From: Eledone cirrhosa
Taxonomy: Eukaryota
Direction: 5' to 3'
Assembly (NCBI GenBank): GCA_964016885.1
Contig: OZ024742.1
Coordinates: 61,690,001 to 61,754,000, forward strand
DNA: 64,000 nt
Made by a program: the position numbers and the translations under genes. Below the pieces are notes generated by a model. The model worked only from the letters and a program-made list of their open reading frames with translations. It had not been told where the DNA came from and searched no databases. Numbering within the stretch: the stretch's first letter is position 1; the number at the start of each line of letters is the position of its first letter. Positions 44,411-61,149 of this stretch are shown in pieces.

Positions 44411-45854
44411 GCGTGTGTGTGTTAGCGTGTGTAAAAATTAATGTTGCTTTTAAAGCTGATCATCAAAAGAACGGAATTGGGGGAAAATATCCGTTTTATA
44501 GCAGTGTTCGTAATATGATGAAAATAGCAAACATATATAACACTGTAGGGAGTTGTTGAGATATTGTTCCTCTACAGACGTCTTGAATAAGGTGAGAAGG
44601 ATTATGTTATTCCTTGTCATGTGTCATTATTATATTCCGGAAAGATCCTTTTTCGGAAGAACGTAAAATATTATGAAAATAAAAATATAGGGAAAGATAT
44701 GGAAAAAATTAAGATATATAAGAGTGAACGAGAAAGATAGGGGAAGGGATGGGAAGAAAACGGATATAATAAGAGAGAGAGGAGTGAAGGGGAAACTATA
44801 TATAATAAGAGAGAGAATGAGAGGGAGAGCAAAACGTAATACGATTCTGTTTGAGAAAATGTTTATTGCTAGAGGTGAGGCGATTGTATGACAGAGAATG
44901 CAGAGAGCTGACATCTCGAAGTTAATAAATATTGACAGATTACGGTATTAGTTATAATGATGGAGTGATAAAAGCAATGAAAACAACTTGAAACCAATAG
45001 TATCAAGAGACATTAGCAAAGGAGATGGCGGCGGGTGAGAGCAGAGAGCAAACGGTAAAAAAGAAATTCATTTTTAATGGAGATAGTTATGACTGTTAGT
45101 TTTTGAACTGGAAATTCAACGATAACACAATAAATAACTAGTTCTTCTAGTCTTAAGTTACGCTGTTTATTTTCTTTAGCAGAGAGAACAATTATCCATC
45201 ACGTTACCGTAAGTTTGTGGAAATGCATGGCCTAGCGGTTAGGTTGTTGAGCACGATTTCAAGATCATATGGTTGTGATTCGATCCCAGGAAGGACATGG
45301 TGTCCTTCATCAAAGCACCTTACTTCTCATTTCTCCAGTTTGCTTAACTGAAAATAGAGAACTAGCATCAGAACAGTTCGAAGTTTATTCTGGTGACAAA
45401 CTGGTGTCTTGTTAGAGGTTTAATACCATACGAAAATAGGATAAAGATGATGGTTCAAAGTTTGAATCTCACCGTTACACTGTAATGTCTTAAGTAATGT
45501 CTTAACGTTACCGTTAAGTTTGGGAAATCACGTACCCTTGCGGTTAGAGTGTTAGTATCGTTTTCGCAATCGTAAAATCTTAGTTCAATTCACTGACGGA
45601 TAATAGGGTGCGTTGTATCCTTAATCAAGTAACATCAGTTCACGGTTCTCAGAGTCAGATGAGAAAGTGAATATTTGTGAATACACGTCGCCTAGTGGTG
45701 AGAATATCAGTCTCAGGTCTGATGATGATAACATATTGGTCCGTTCTCCGAGCGAACCGGGCAGTACATTGTGTCTTTGACCAAATTATTTCATGCTGCT
45801 TCAGTAACATGAGAATGCTATTAAACATCTATGTTGTTTTAACAAAACTCATGT

Positions 45855-45930
<76 letters not shown>

Positions 45931-46070
45931 AAGAAAAAAGGAAGAAATCGAAAATGCAACTGGAGTCTTATTTTTTTTAAAATATATATATTTATTTGGT
46001 TCTTCTGCTTTTCAAAAGTAGAGTTGAGATGGAGGGTCTGTGGTTTTTCTCACATCATATATATATATAT

Positions 46071-46118
<48 letters not shown>

Positions 46119-46167
46119 AGAGACACAGAGAGACAGAGAGACAGACAGACAGAGGGAGGGAGAGCGA

Positions 46168-46235
<68 letters not shown>

Positions 46236-47069
46236 TTAGATATTGTCAAGGGGTTCGTAGAATATATAAAGGAAAAGAGCGATTTGTCATGTACAGAGCC
46301 CAATATTATTAATCCTTTTTCAACATATTTGCTTACTACCTAAGGTTTCGAAGTTTACAGCAACATGGTTCATGGAGACAGAATCCATGCTAGTTGTTGC
46401 TTATAGTTTGCGCAAGAAATATACATATAAATGACCACTTATACAAATGAACATTTCCAGCAGGTGATCATCTCGCAAAATACTATATAGACTATAGTTA
46501 TTCCATGCCAGTATGTGCTGAGTGAGTGTCACTGATAAAAGATTAACAAATTTTGAAACAGCATTATCTGATACTCTCATAATATAGAGACAACTCTATG
46601 ATACATCTATAGAGGAAAATAGAGAAAAATATAATTTCCGTTTCGTTTTATTTTCGTTTTATGAAAAAATAGTTTTCTTCGGGAGTGAGGCTACACATAT
46701 ATTTATCGTATATAAATATATCATATATGGGTATATATGTCTTCATATAGACCTCTATTAGGCTTAAAACAATTAAATATATATATTAAATTGTTTATTT
46801 ACTCAGAACAAAAGCGCTACCCAGGATTACAAGGTCCAAATTTGACCCTACCTCCAGAAAAGAAGAGGCATCAAAATAGTGACCTTTCTTCACTCGTTAA
46901 TATGAATTTATAAACATAGACCTTTAAACTTTGGGAGAGCTTTTGTTCTGCTTATAACATAAATATATAATATAATATTTCTGTTCTCTTCCCGATTGAC
47001 AAATGTCTTCATTTTTCCTTTTCACATCTACTGATATTGCTACATATACATTTTACAGATACACACATT

Positions 47070-47190
<121 letters not shown>

Positions 47191-47561
47191 CCTACTACAT
47201 TTGTTGATGACTACGACTGGACGTATACCAGTCGGCTAAACAGGGCTTTTCATCCGTGGAAGGTTAACGCCGCTGAAAAAGCATTCCGAGCCAAATTCTG
47301 TAATGTCTGCTGATATCAACTAACTCATGTGAAAAGTGGTTGCAGATGGACCTATTGTTCACAGATCGGAATTGCAAAAACCATGCATGATCCGGGTATA
47401 TTTGATATATTAATATCATACCCACACGAAGTCGTTTGTCTTACTGATTAACGTAGATATCTGTATTTCTAATAATACAAACGTAATTATATCATTGTAA
47501 GGAAACGGCCAAAGCTGCACCGATTCTTTTCGACTAGCTATTAAATATACTTATATATATA

Positions 47562-49172
47562 TATTGTTATACTTTGGGAGGGTCATGTTGCCAATAAGAA
47601 ACACACGCACCAGTCGCTTTCACTCCAATTTATTATACATTAAACATTTTTTTTTTTTTAATTTATAAATTTTCGGTTGGTTGGTTGGTTCCACAACCAG
47701 ACGGTTGTTCATATATTGTTAAAGTTCTTTCGTCACACATTCTGTGACCTCTTCAGTGACTGGGGATTATTTACGTTGTTTTGTGCCTCTCCTTTGTTCT
47801 GTCCTACGCCATCTTGTTCTTGTGTGTGTTGTGTGCTTAGTTTGCGCATGTGTTATATCCGGGTGTCTGTGTGTGTTTTTATTTGTTTATTTATTTGTTT
47901 ATTTCCATGTTACTGGTTGGTTGTTTGTTCTATGTGTGTGTGTTTTCATTTTGTCCTTAATTGTTAGTTGTGATGTTGCTATTCCATTCGTGTTTTCTAT
48001 TTAATTTGGTTGGAGTTCATTTATGTTTATTACCTCTGTGATTTGTCTAAACATTACGTCTTTTCTGTGTGTAGATTTTATTTTTATTTCTATGTTCTCT
48101 AATTTGCCCTTATGTTCTATTTTAGCATGTTGGTGGAGTATTGATGATTCTTTCTATCTTGATGCTCTCGCCAGTGTTCATTTAACCGTTCTCCTATACT
48201 ACGAGCTGTCTCACCTATGTACACTATATTCTTATCTTTACATTGTCCTTCAGTACATCTTATGCTATATACTATGTTTCTAGTTTTACAGTTAATATGG
48301 GGGCTTAGTTTACAGATTATGCATTTCTTATCTATACAGGGAGGCCTTTGAAAAGGGTATGTATTACTAATAAGTGTTTTTATGGCGGTACCTGGTCTTT
48401 TTACTATCTTAATATTAAGTTTAAGTTTATCTAGGGCCCTTCTAAATTTGTAAGCTAATTCACCTCTAGGGGTTGTATTGATGAACATTACACTCTGGTA
48501 TTTGTTGCTATCATACCATGAGTTTATTCTATTAACCTTATTCCTAGTTCTTTCAATTCTATTCCAAAATTTTCTCCTATACAAGGGGCAGGTCCCATTT
48601 GTATCATTATTTACCATTTTTTCCCATTTGGTTCTGGCTCCTCTATATACTCTGATTTTATCTCTCTGATTGTAACCAGAGAACTTCATACGGTGGATGA
48701 AGTGTTGTATGTGTCTCTCTAGTTCTTTGGGGTTGCACATGCGGGACACGTTTCTCATCACCCGTACTAAATCCACAATCAGTATGTTGATTTTGGTGTG
48801 ATCCGAAACAGCTGAGTTTCGTAGGATCAGATATTTGGAAGTCATGGGTTTGGCATAATGGGAATGGATGATTTGTTTTTTGTTATTAATGGTTTCTAAC
48901 CAGAGCTCTGTGTCTAGTACAGTTAATCGATGGCTGGGGTGTTCGCTTGGGTAGTCTATAGTAACTCTAATACTCTGGTGGATGGAGTTAGCTATTTGCT
49001 GGATGCTTTCCATGGTGTTTTTCTCTAATTCCTGACTGTTCTCTCGTGGGGTGTTTTAACTACGATGTTTATATCATCAACGTAGCGGGAGTACATAATC
49101 AGGGTTAAGAGATTGTTGTCTTCTAATTGTTCCTTAAGTTTTTTCTCCCGCCATACTATAAATAGGTTAGCT
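47562..49172 (-). mobile_element. Penelope-like element of another lineage (Cys-rich linker, Neptune/Nematis-like)
   Basis: MYSRYVDDINIV (~49080); ORF 48117-49013 with thumb, CIDKKCIIC..CKTRNIVYSIRC..VYIGETARSIGERLNEH; terminus abuts (TA)n. Confidence 0.9.
47718..47760 (-). ncRNA. Minimal type I hammerhead ribozyme
   Basis: Minus strand gtca-CTGAAGA-g gtcaca gaatg tgtgac-GAAAGAACTT-taac. Confidence 0.75.
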
Positions 49173-49358
49173 ACACACACACACATATATACACACACAT
49201 ACACACGCGTACATTAACATACAAAGAGACTTATACACACACACGCACTTCTCCGTATAAGACAAAAGCTGAAAAATATCTTTTGACATGCTAAAATACC
49301 CCCCATTGCTTTCAGACACGTTCTTACTGACCATCCCTGCTACCACGAATTACTCTGC

Positions 49359-49429
<71 letters not shown>

Positions 49430-49507
49430 ACACACACACTTATCTTAATAGCCATTTGACACACATCCCTGCTAACCATTATCACAACATCGAACACATT
49501 ACTACTA

Positions 49508-49551
<44 letters not shown>

Positions 49552-50010
49552 TTGTTGTGAAAGAGTCATTTCTCAATCTTGGCGCAAAACCAATTTTTTA
49601 TTCACATGACCTCTACCGACCAATCAAAATTGTTTTGACCACAAGAATTTTTGCAACACCAAAGTAACACTGGAGCCACTTTTTTAACATAAAAACAGGT
49701 AGAATTCCCAAAACTAATCAGATCAGAGCAAACAGCACGGACACTCTATCTCAAAATTATTTTTGAAAAGCATTTAGAAATGCGCAACCGGTAGAAACTT
49801 AAAAACTTAAAACCACAACTGAATACTAACCCATACAATCACTAATACTCTTTTATTCCTAATTAAACCATTTTTCAACTGTGAACAATTTGTCATCATT
49901 TTCTATTCCGTTTACCAATATATAATAACTTGTGTGTTACACCTCTATTCTTTTATATATATGTATATATATATATATATATATATGTATATACATATGT
50001 ATATATATAC

Positions 50011-50128
<118 letters not shown>

Positions 50129-50162
50129 ATATCTATATATATATATATGTGTGTGTATGGGA

Positions 50163-50888
50163 GGGGGTTTACTACGATGTCTATATCATCAACGTAGGAG
50201 AGTACATTGTCAGGGTTAAGAGGTTGCTGTCTTCTAATTGTTCATTAAGTTTATTGTCCCACCATACCATGAATAGGTTAGCTATGTCACCTGCAATGCT
50301 GACACCAATGGCTGCTCCCTCCTCTTGGGCATATGTTTTTCCATTAAATTTGAACATATGTTCCTTAAGGGTTAGTTTTATACTGGCCCCCACCGCATGT
50401 GCAATCATTTTCTTTATTTCATCGTGGTTTTCGGGGGTCCTTATGGCTCTGGTCCACCCGTTCCAGCTTTCTGTGTGGGTTTTCTTGCCCATTGAGGTAA
50501 TGGTAGGTGGTCTGCCACTTGCTGGTCTTGTGGGGCAAAGGTTGCTAAGGTCATACGTATCTAGATAATCATTATTATAAGTAAGTTTAAGTAGGAGTCC
50601 CAGCTCACTGGTATCAATCCCACGGAATTCAACATTGCTCTCATTGATCATTTTTACGCATTTCTCCACAGCAAAATCCACGTCAATGGATGGATATAGG
50701 GACACAACATCCATACTACCTATTATACAGTCTGTTAAGTCCCTAGATCGGTTATTTTCGCTGATTCTGCTGAGGAGGTCCTCCGTGCTGTCACATATAT
50801 CCGAGAACATTTCAATGATGGGGCGTATGATCAGGGAGAGGAAGTAGGAAAGTCTGTTGTTACTAGTAATGTTAGCTCCACAGACTGT
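50163..50888 (-). mobile_element. PLE reverse transcriptase core fragment, same family as 47562-49172
   Basis: [36 protein letters not shown]; YVDDI in the adjacent frame at ~50180. Confidence 0.9.
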
Positions 50889-50924
50889 GGTTTGGTAATT
50901 TGTTGAAGAACTAACTCTCTCTCA

Positions 50925-50999
<75 letters not shown>

Positions 51000-51108
51000 C
51001 AATGGAAAAAGAGTTAGTTGATTTGTAATCAACTGACTTTTGTATGTAACAGATGCCAAGCACTCATCTGTATAGATTTGTCCGGAATATTTTTATTATA
51101 ATCTAAAC

Positions 51109-51835
51109 CAAAGGTTCTCAATGGGGGTGCATATGCACCCGGGGAGCGTTTCGGAGATACAGGAAGCAAGGGGGCGTTAGGGGGGGTAAAGCTTTGAGGG
51201 GCGCTGGAAGCCTCTTTAGTTTTTTAGTTTGGTAAGTTTTATAAGTCATATTTGTACGTCTCTTTGACAGCCAGTGTGAATGCATTTGAATGAAGAAAAC
51301 GAAGAAAATAAATAAAATAAGCTTGTCAACGAATTCCCTAGGGAGATAAAAAAAACAGAAAGAAATCAAAGAAAATGAACATAAGGATGTCAACTTTGAC
51401 AACAGTTACAAGAACAACTTCAACCGAAATGACAACAAAAAGAAGCAATGGTGATGAAAGGTGTGGGTGTATACATATACATACATACGAACATACACAC
51501 ATGCATACGTACATACATAATACACACACACACATATATATATATACACACACACAGGCCTGCGTTAGGGTTTGATGAGGTTGAGAACCTGGTCAGCTTT
51601 CAGCCAGAACTGTGGTATTTAATCTCCCTAGGTAATAAAATCTGGAGACAGAATTTCCTCTTACCAAAAGAAAACATAAAAATAAATGCATGTATATATA
51701 CAAATATATAAATGCATAGCTATATACATACGTAAATGTATGTATGTATATATGTATGTATGTATGTATTTATGTAGATATATATATATATATTTATATA
51801 TATGTGTGTACATCTACATATATATGTATAAATAT

Positions 51836-51905
<70 letters not shown>

Positions 51906-52022
51906 CTACATACATATATACATTTACGTATGTATATAGGTATGCATTTATACATTTGTATATATATATATATGCATTTATATTTAAGTGTGTAAGAATA
52001 TATATATATATATGTGTGTGTG

Positions 52023-52066
<44 letters not shown>

Positions 52067-52320
52067 CACACAGATACATATATATATTTTGGTCTACCAT
52101 ATTTGAGGCCTTGTTAGAGATAGATAGATAGATAGATGTTTACCAACACACACATTTCTTACTCTTCCCCCCACCCTCTTTCTCTCTTCATTTATATATA
52201 TATATGGCGTTGTTATTTGGTGTTGTTGAAAAGAGCAGTGGCCTTTGACCTGGCAATAAAAACTGGAGACAAAATTCTTTCTGTACCAAAACCACGGCAC
52301 ACACACACAAGTTTGTGTGG

Positions 52321-52374
<54 letters not shown>

Positions 52375-52918
52375 CTATCTATGTATATATATAAGGGATA
52401 CAGATATTGCTTTCTCACTGTCACCAAGCTTCTCAAGTCATTCCTTGCTACGAAGTATTTTATTTTGCTACGAGGTATATTATTTTGCAAGGTACTATTT
52501 TCCCCCTGAGTTTGTGGTTTCAGAGAAAGGTAAGAAATTCTTCATATTTTGCATCTTTTGTATTTGACTTTACAGTTTCAATTGTAGAATTGTCCATCCA
52601 CTCAAAATATTACAACAGCTAACAGTGAAATATAGAATTTAAAAAAAAAAAAGCTTTTTCGACTGAGATCAAATCTTTTTTTTTATTTCAAAAATATATA
52701 ATTTTAAATAGCTTGCTTTTGTTTTGGACTGAAAATTTTTTGTATTTAATTCGTTCGAGTATTTTTTAAATATTCTAAGATAATTTGATTTGGCCCAGTA
52801 ATCTACTGGTATCAAAATCAGTAGTATATTGAAAAATGGAAAAATAGGGCAGGAGGGGGGGGTTCGTATTTCGACGGGCAAAAGGAGGCGTTTGGCCGAA
52901 ATGGGTTGAGAACCTTTG
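51109..52918. mobile_element. Non-autonomous hAT (Charlie/Buster-like) DNA element swollen by microsatellites
   Basis: TIRs caaaggttctcaa / ttgagaacctttg; 8-bp TSD atctaaac (51101-51108) / atttaaac (52919-52926). Confidence 0.78.
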
Positions 52919-53881
52919 ATTTAAACTATAATAAAGTAAGGAGTGCGGGACTGCGTCCAGAATATATTTTTTTATACCGTTTGTAAAATAAGTTGGATTA
53001 CTTTGAATAAATAATAAATGAATATTACATAATTTATCTACGAAATTTCGTTATTCTTGATTAAATATAAATAATTTTGTCACTTATTCTAAGATTCACT
53101 TCTTTAAAATGTTCAAATGTCAACACTTCCGGTTAGCGATCGCGTAAATAAAAATTCATATATTTCCATCACTAATTTTCTCCTAATGCAGTTTATATAT
53201 AATATCGTCTTTTTTAATGTATCATGGATTACGTTACTGATTACATAAGACAGTGTAACACAGTCTTCGTACAATTTCTGTGTATATTGTCAATTACGAT
53301 TTTATTTGATGTATCATATCTACATGCATATAATATCAATATGCACACTACACATGCTAGCAGAAAAGCCACCCTTCGGGTGGTTTTTCTGCTAGTTATA
53401 GTAATAAACGAAAGATATACAGTTTATATCATCTCTATTTATTTCATTATATATATTTCGAAGATGTAAGGTTTATGTACACCATAAAACGGAACATGTC
53501 CTCGTCAGACAAAATACATAGGAGATGTATGATTTTGTTTATGATATGCTGGTAGCGAACGAGCTGGACAGATCGGTGACCACCAACTATATGACTAGAA
53601 AAAAACTCAACACATAGGAGGTTACGTGAGTGGGAGGATAATTACAGTTGGTTTAAACGTTTTAGAAATTATTTAAAACTAGACCAATCGTGACCCGTTG
53701 GATCACGTTCACTTCAAAATATTTTTTTTAAATCATGTTCACTTAAAAATATTTTTAAATAATGAAAATATACAGAAACATGTGTATGTATATATATAAA
53801 AATGTGTGTATACATATATATATATGTATGTGTGTGTGTATATATATGTGGGTGTCTGTGATTTATATACACTGGTCATAG

Positions 53882-53976
<95 letters not shown>

Positions 53977-54917
53977 TATATATATATATATACACAACAA
54001 AACCACCAGCTCTCTGTCTTCTCTCCTTCCCTATGTCTCTCTTTCAATCTACTCTCTCACAACCACTATCTCTTTTTTTCTATCTTTCTCTCTCTCTGTT
54101 TATGAAGGTACCCGGAAAAACCCCATAACTCGGGAACCTGTGCTCCGATTTCCGCGAAACTTCTTTTATTCCATTTGTATTTACATATCAGGGTCAACTT
54201 CCTTTCAAAGTATTTTCCCATTATGCGTCCTTTGGCTGTATTACATTACAGACAAGCAAGCATGCAATCACAGGGTTTTAGTATTATACAGATATGACGC
54301 AATTAGATTGGTCCAAAAAATAAAACAAAAATTGACCGTTATTCAGTTTCTATGTTGCTTATATTCAATTAAAGTAGGTATTAAACCAAAAATATATATT
54401 ATATCAGAGGAAAAAAAACCGCTGAGTGCTTCGCATCTGTTATACACAAAAGTCAGTTGATTACAAGTAAACTAACTCTTTTTTCATTGATTAATCTTGT
54501 GCTCCTTCATTTGTTGAGCGCTTTATTCTATAACAGATACAAATAAAGGATGGAATACTTCAATATCTCCTCACCACGTAAGGATCTGCCAATACATGGC
54601 AAAAGGGAGTATACTAAACAGTTAATTTATGTTTTTTTATCTTCCATTTTTTTTCACTTTTTCTCTTCTGTTTTTTTTTTCTTTCTCTTCTCTATTCTTC
54701 TCTTTTTTGTCTTTTCTTTCCCTAATAAGTTATTATCGCAGTGTCTTTAATGCGCCGAAACATCTGAGACACGCAGCAGACAACTGAGGAAGGGAACGTT
54801 CTATGTATATATTTGTGTTTCCTTTACTTTCTAAACACTCGTTATTAGTAACCACACAGCACCTAGTCCCTTTCAATTCATACATATATATATGTGTGTA
54901 TATATATATACACACAA

Positions 54918-54976
54918 TCCAGAAATAGCCGTCGAAACAGCTTGAGCTCTGCCGTCGGGGTCGTACTTTTTCCTAT
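54918..54976 (+). mobile_element. Half copy of the palindromic HHR-derived element
   Basis: ccagaaatagccgtcgaaacagcttgagctctgccgtcggggtcgtactttttcctat followed by (TA)n. Confidence 0.8.
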
Positions 54977-55025
54977 ATATATATATATATATGCACACAC
55001 ACACATACATATGTATATATATATA

Positions 55026-55056
<31 letters not shown>

Positions 55057-55129
55057 AAAAACATATATGTATATACGTACATATATATTTGTATATTTAT
55101 ATATATATGTATACGTATATATATACATT

Positions 55130-55196
<67 letters not shown>

Positions 55197-55607
55197 TAGA
55201 TATTCTAGATACACCTACATATACCTTCTATAAAATGTCCACGAATCTTAGTTGGTCTTTATACATCTTCCTTTCATATATTTATTTATACCTGTAACCT
55301 ATATCAAACTGTTTACATCGAGAGATATCAAAGAAACAAACAGAAAGCTTGATCTGTGCTGAGTTTCCTGTGTAACATATTACAGAGTAATCTCTTCAAG
55401 TTGATACGTTCTATCCCAGTTCCTGCTGTGATATACTGAATAGGACTTAATTACTGGCTTATACACTCTGCCTTCTTCTCTGTATCTCTCACGTAACTTC
55501 TCTTTACTGTATGTATGAACTCATGTATGTATGTATGTATGTATGTATGTATGTATGTATTTTTGTATGTATGTATGAACGTATATGTGAATACACACTC
55601 ACTCTCT

Positions 55608-55647
<40 letters not shown>

Positions 55648-55756
55648 TATATATATATAGATATATATACATGTATATATAAATGGATATATAAATATAT
55701 ATGTACAAATGCTCATATATATGCACGAATATATACATATGTTTATGCATTTATAA

Positions 55757-57422
<1,666 letters not shown>

Positions 57423-57450
57423 ATAATAATAAATTCGAAGACTAACATCC

Positions 57451-57483
<33 letters not shown>

Positions 57484-57564
57484 ATAGTAATAATAATAAA
57501 TGTGAAGACTAAAATCAGAAGAGGGCTCGATAAGGATAATATATATATAAAACCGTAGAGCAAA

Positions 57565-58378
57565 TCTATATATCTAAAACAGAGAATGTCTGTCTGTCTG
57601 TCTGACTCCCTAAAACTCAAGAACCAGCCAAACGATTGTTTTCAAACTGTACACATGTGAGTGTTTTGAGCAAAATATATTTCAAATTTTCAATACCCTA
57701 GGGACAGCATTAGGCGCCGTTTAGCGATCTCTCTATCTTTCTTAGTCTGTCTTTTTAGATAGATACATAGCTATAATGACGCGCCCTTATAATATCTGTC
57801 TGTATGTCTGGCTGTCTGCATTACGACATTGACTTTGCTATCTGTGTGCGTGTGTATATATGTATATATACTGTGTGTGTTTGTATATATATATATATAT
57901 ATATATAGATATAGATATATATAGATATATATAGATATATATATAGATATATAGTGTGTGTAACGTTTTTGGAAATATTTACTTCTTCGTTCACAGATAG
58001 ATATTTTTAGTTTCAGAAGATCCCCTTAAGGGTGAAAGCAGCGATTCTTCGCTTAAACTTTAATCTGTTATTTTAATATATAATTATATATTCGTGTACA
58101 GATATTTTTGCATACACAATAACAAAATATAAACAAACGTATTTATTTCACGAGGCTCGACAGCAGCAAAAACAACAACAAAAAAGAGAGGGAACACAAT
58201 TAAATGCTTTTGAAAAATCTTAATGGAAAATTATTTGCCTATTCACCCAAGGCGACTTCATTTTTTATTAGGACTTCTGCATCAATTGGTGAACATACGA
58301 TGAAACTGTTTCAGAAAGGAGGGAAAAACATGCCAATCTATGTTTAGAATCCCGAGCAACGCCGGGCCATTCTGCTAG
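57565..58378 (+). mobile_element. Non-autonomous Helitron inserted in an inverted PLE terminus (57485-58740)
   Basis: 5' TCTATATATCTAAAA..(tgtc)n; 3' hairpin cccgagcaacgccggg followed by CTAG; no TSD; the flanks rejoin to the reverse complement of 57207-57245 at an A|T site. Confidence 0.78.
58009..58059 (+). ncRNA. Atypical hammerhead-like motif (CAGAAGA core); paralogues 57157-57207(+) and 58401-58450(-)
   Basis: agttt-CAGAAGA-t ccc cttaa ggg t-GAAAGC..GCTT-aaact. Confidence 0.6.
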
Positions 58379-60406
58379 AAATTATTAAAATAACATTCAA
58401 ATTTAAGCAAAGAATCGCTGCTTTCACCCTTAACGGGATCTTCTGAAACTAAAAAAAATGAATCTGTGGACGCAGAAATAAGTATATCGATAAACGTTGC
58501 AACTGAAGGAAAACAGGAAGACGATACTTTGGTTCGTGAGAACGTTCTCTGGCAATGAACGGAAAAAAGCGAAGATAATACGTCGTATGTGGAACGGTGA
58601 TAACAATTTCACGCAAAGACAAAAAAACAAAACCACGTTTAGGGTATAAATGGAATCATTAGACTAATATTCTATTTAGGAAACCGAATGATTCTCAGCT
58701 CTGGAGTTTAAGAATAATGTAAATAAATTTGTTGAACGAAAATGACAGAGGTTATTAAGATCGTAAAAGAAATATTCACTTCTATATATATATATACGGG
58801 ATTTTGTGCAGTTTCTCTTTTCCGAAATCCACTTTCAAAACATGGCACTATGTTATGGTAGAATGTCCGCATAGTTGCAAAGCGAACTTCTTAACTACAC
58901 AACCATGCTTGCACTAAATGAATAAAATAGAATACCGCCATCATTCATTCCGTTGAATTTTGTTTAGTTACCAATCTTCTGTTTTTGTTTGTTTGTTTGT
59001 TCCATACTAATAACAGTAACAACAACAATGAAGCTCTATCAGCAACAATAAAGAACTTTGTTCAAACAAAATTTCTTCTCACTCGTTTCATCCATTTGGC
59101 ATTTAAGAAACCACCATTATAATACAGATGTCTTCGATAGCAGTAGCAGCACTAGCCGATATCAACAAATAATTGTTTAGTGAGAGAAACATATTTGCTA
59201 TACAAAATAAACCGACACGCAAGTAGTAGAATGTACACAGTTTAGAGTAAATTGAATTAACTAAAGTACACAGCTTCTTAATAAGTTTCCTTCTTTGCTC
59301 AAGAATTTTAATAAGGTACTTGAATAAATATAATTTTCATTAGCTTCCTTATCGGTCTTCGTTTTTTACCTTTTTTCTGTCTGCTTTTTCTCTATTTCAA
59401 TCCATACTTTATTTCAGTTCTAGTTGTTACTGTTGTAGTTTTCACTGGTGTTGTTTTTAAAATAATTGGATTCATTTCGTAATACGTCTTTCATGCGAAA
59501 TTCTCACACACAAACACAAGAAAAACACAATGTTTGGTTTTTGGGGATTTAGATTCTTCTAAAGCTCTGCTTCATTATAACATTACATTCTATCGTTGGT
59601 TTTGGTTATTTACAAAGAATAGCAAAGCCGACATTTCCTTTATCAATAATAATATTATTGGATAATATTACGTTATTTTTTGCCCACAAGCAATATATGT
59701 GATATTAATAATCATTTCTAAATGTTAAAATGTCATTTGTCTTTTTATATCAACCTTTTGCTCTTCTCGTCTCTATAAAACCAGGATGGGAAATAATTCA
59801 GTATCACTTAATTTAGATCAAAATACGAATCAATAATTTAGTCGTAATCGCAGCAGACCGTTGGAGTTATTCAACTGATAACAAGAACTAAACTCTGATT
59901 TATTCATTATTTGTTGTTTTTATTGATTGTTTGTTTATTTTAGTATGGGTGAGCAAATTCTTTTATCTCGACATCAACGGATTCTGTTAAAACTGGATTT
60001 ATATACAAATGTCCGCAATTATTAATATCAGCAATGCAAAACCCAAGATTAGCTACATTATAGGATTATCACGTTTTCGAATTATAAAATTATGAGGAAG
60101 AGATATTTTGAAATATCAAGCCGAATAATAGAACTGCGACAATATAGATATTTATATATATTGTATGTATGCAATCACTCAATTTATGTAACTGGATACA
60201 TATATATACATATATATATGTGTGTGTGTGGGGGGGGGGTGAAGTTAGATAAAATTTTGTTTATGTATATCAAGAATGAAAGCTTAAACATTTATAATAT
60301 ATATATATGTGAAGTAATTCCGTCGGAAAAGTCCAGGACCAAAGAGTGCTCTATGTAGGTAACAGAGCTTAATAGTTATGTAATAAACAACATAAGGCAA
60401 TTATTC

Positions 60407-60460
60407 CATTTACCAGTGGTTTCTTAAAAGCAAAACATTTTGCTTTCAATCCTCAGAATG
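60407..60460 (-). ncRNA. Type I hammerhead ribozyme
   Basis: Minus strand catt-CTGAGGA-ttgaaagcaaaa tg ttttgcttttaa-GAAACC act GGTA-aatg; flank homologous to 20138-20185. Confidence 0.8.
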
Positions 60461-60608
60461 AAAAAATCCTGGTCTGTTTATTGAATTTGGATTCTAAAAA
60501 CAAAAATGCAATCTATATGAAAGTGAGGCTGGAGAAGGAAGAAGGAAAGGAAAAATAAAATAAAACTACACATGCAAACACACACACAAAAAACACAAAA
60601 GCATACAT

Positions 60609-60679
<71 letters not shown>

Positions 60680-61149
60680 TATACATATATATACATACAT
60701 ATACATACACATATATATACACATACATACACTCATACATACACACACGCACACATATATACACACATATATGTGTATATAAATACACACAAACACATAT
60801 ATACATACGCACATAAATATCAACACATCCATACATACAAATACATATATACAACCACACAACACATATATACACACATACATACACATAGAAACATAAA
60901 TATAAATACATATACATACACACATATACATACATATATATATATATACACATATACATATATATATATATATATGTGTACAAGCATACACATACACAAA
61001 CATAGCCATACACACATACATAAACATACATACATACATGCACACAATCATACATATATACACACGTACATACATACACATACATAAATGCACTCCTCTA
61101 CATATTCACACACGCAAATAAATATAAGAAAAAAATATATATATATATA

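Noticed and set aside
53364-53389. Bacterial intrinsic terminator or contamination
   Set aside because: The context is entirely eukaryotic repeat DNA; the CTAG ends fit a Helitron terminus better.
54750-54825. ccgaaac...ctgagga as a permuted hammerhead
   Set aside because: Stems could not be closed consistently.
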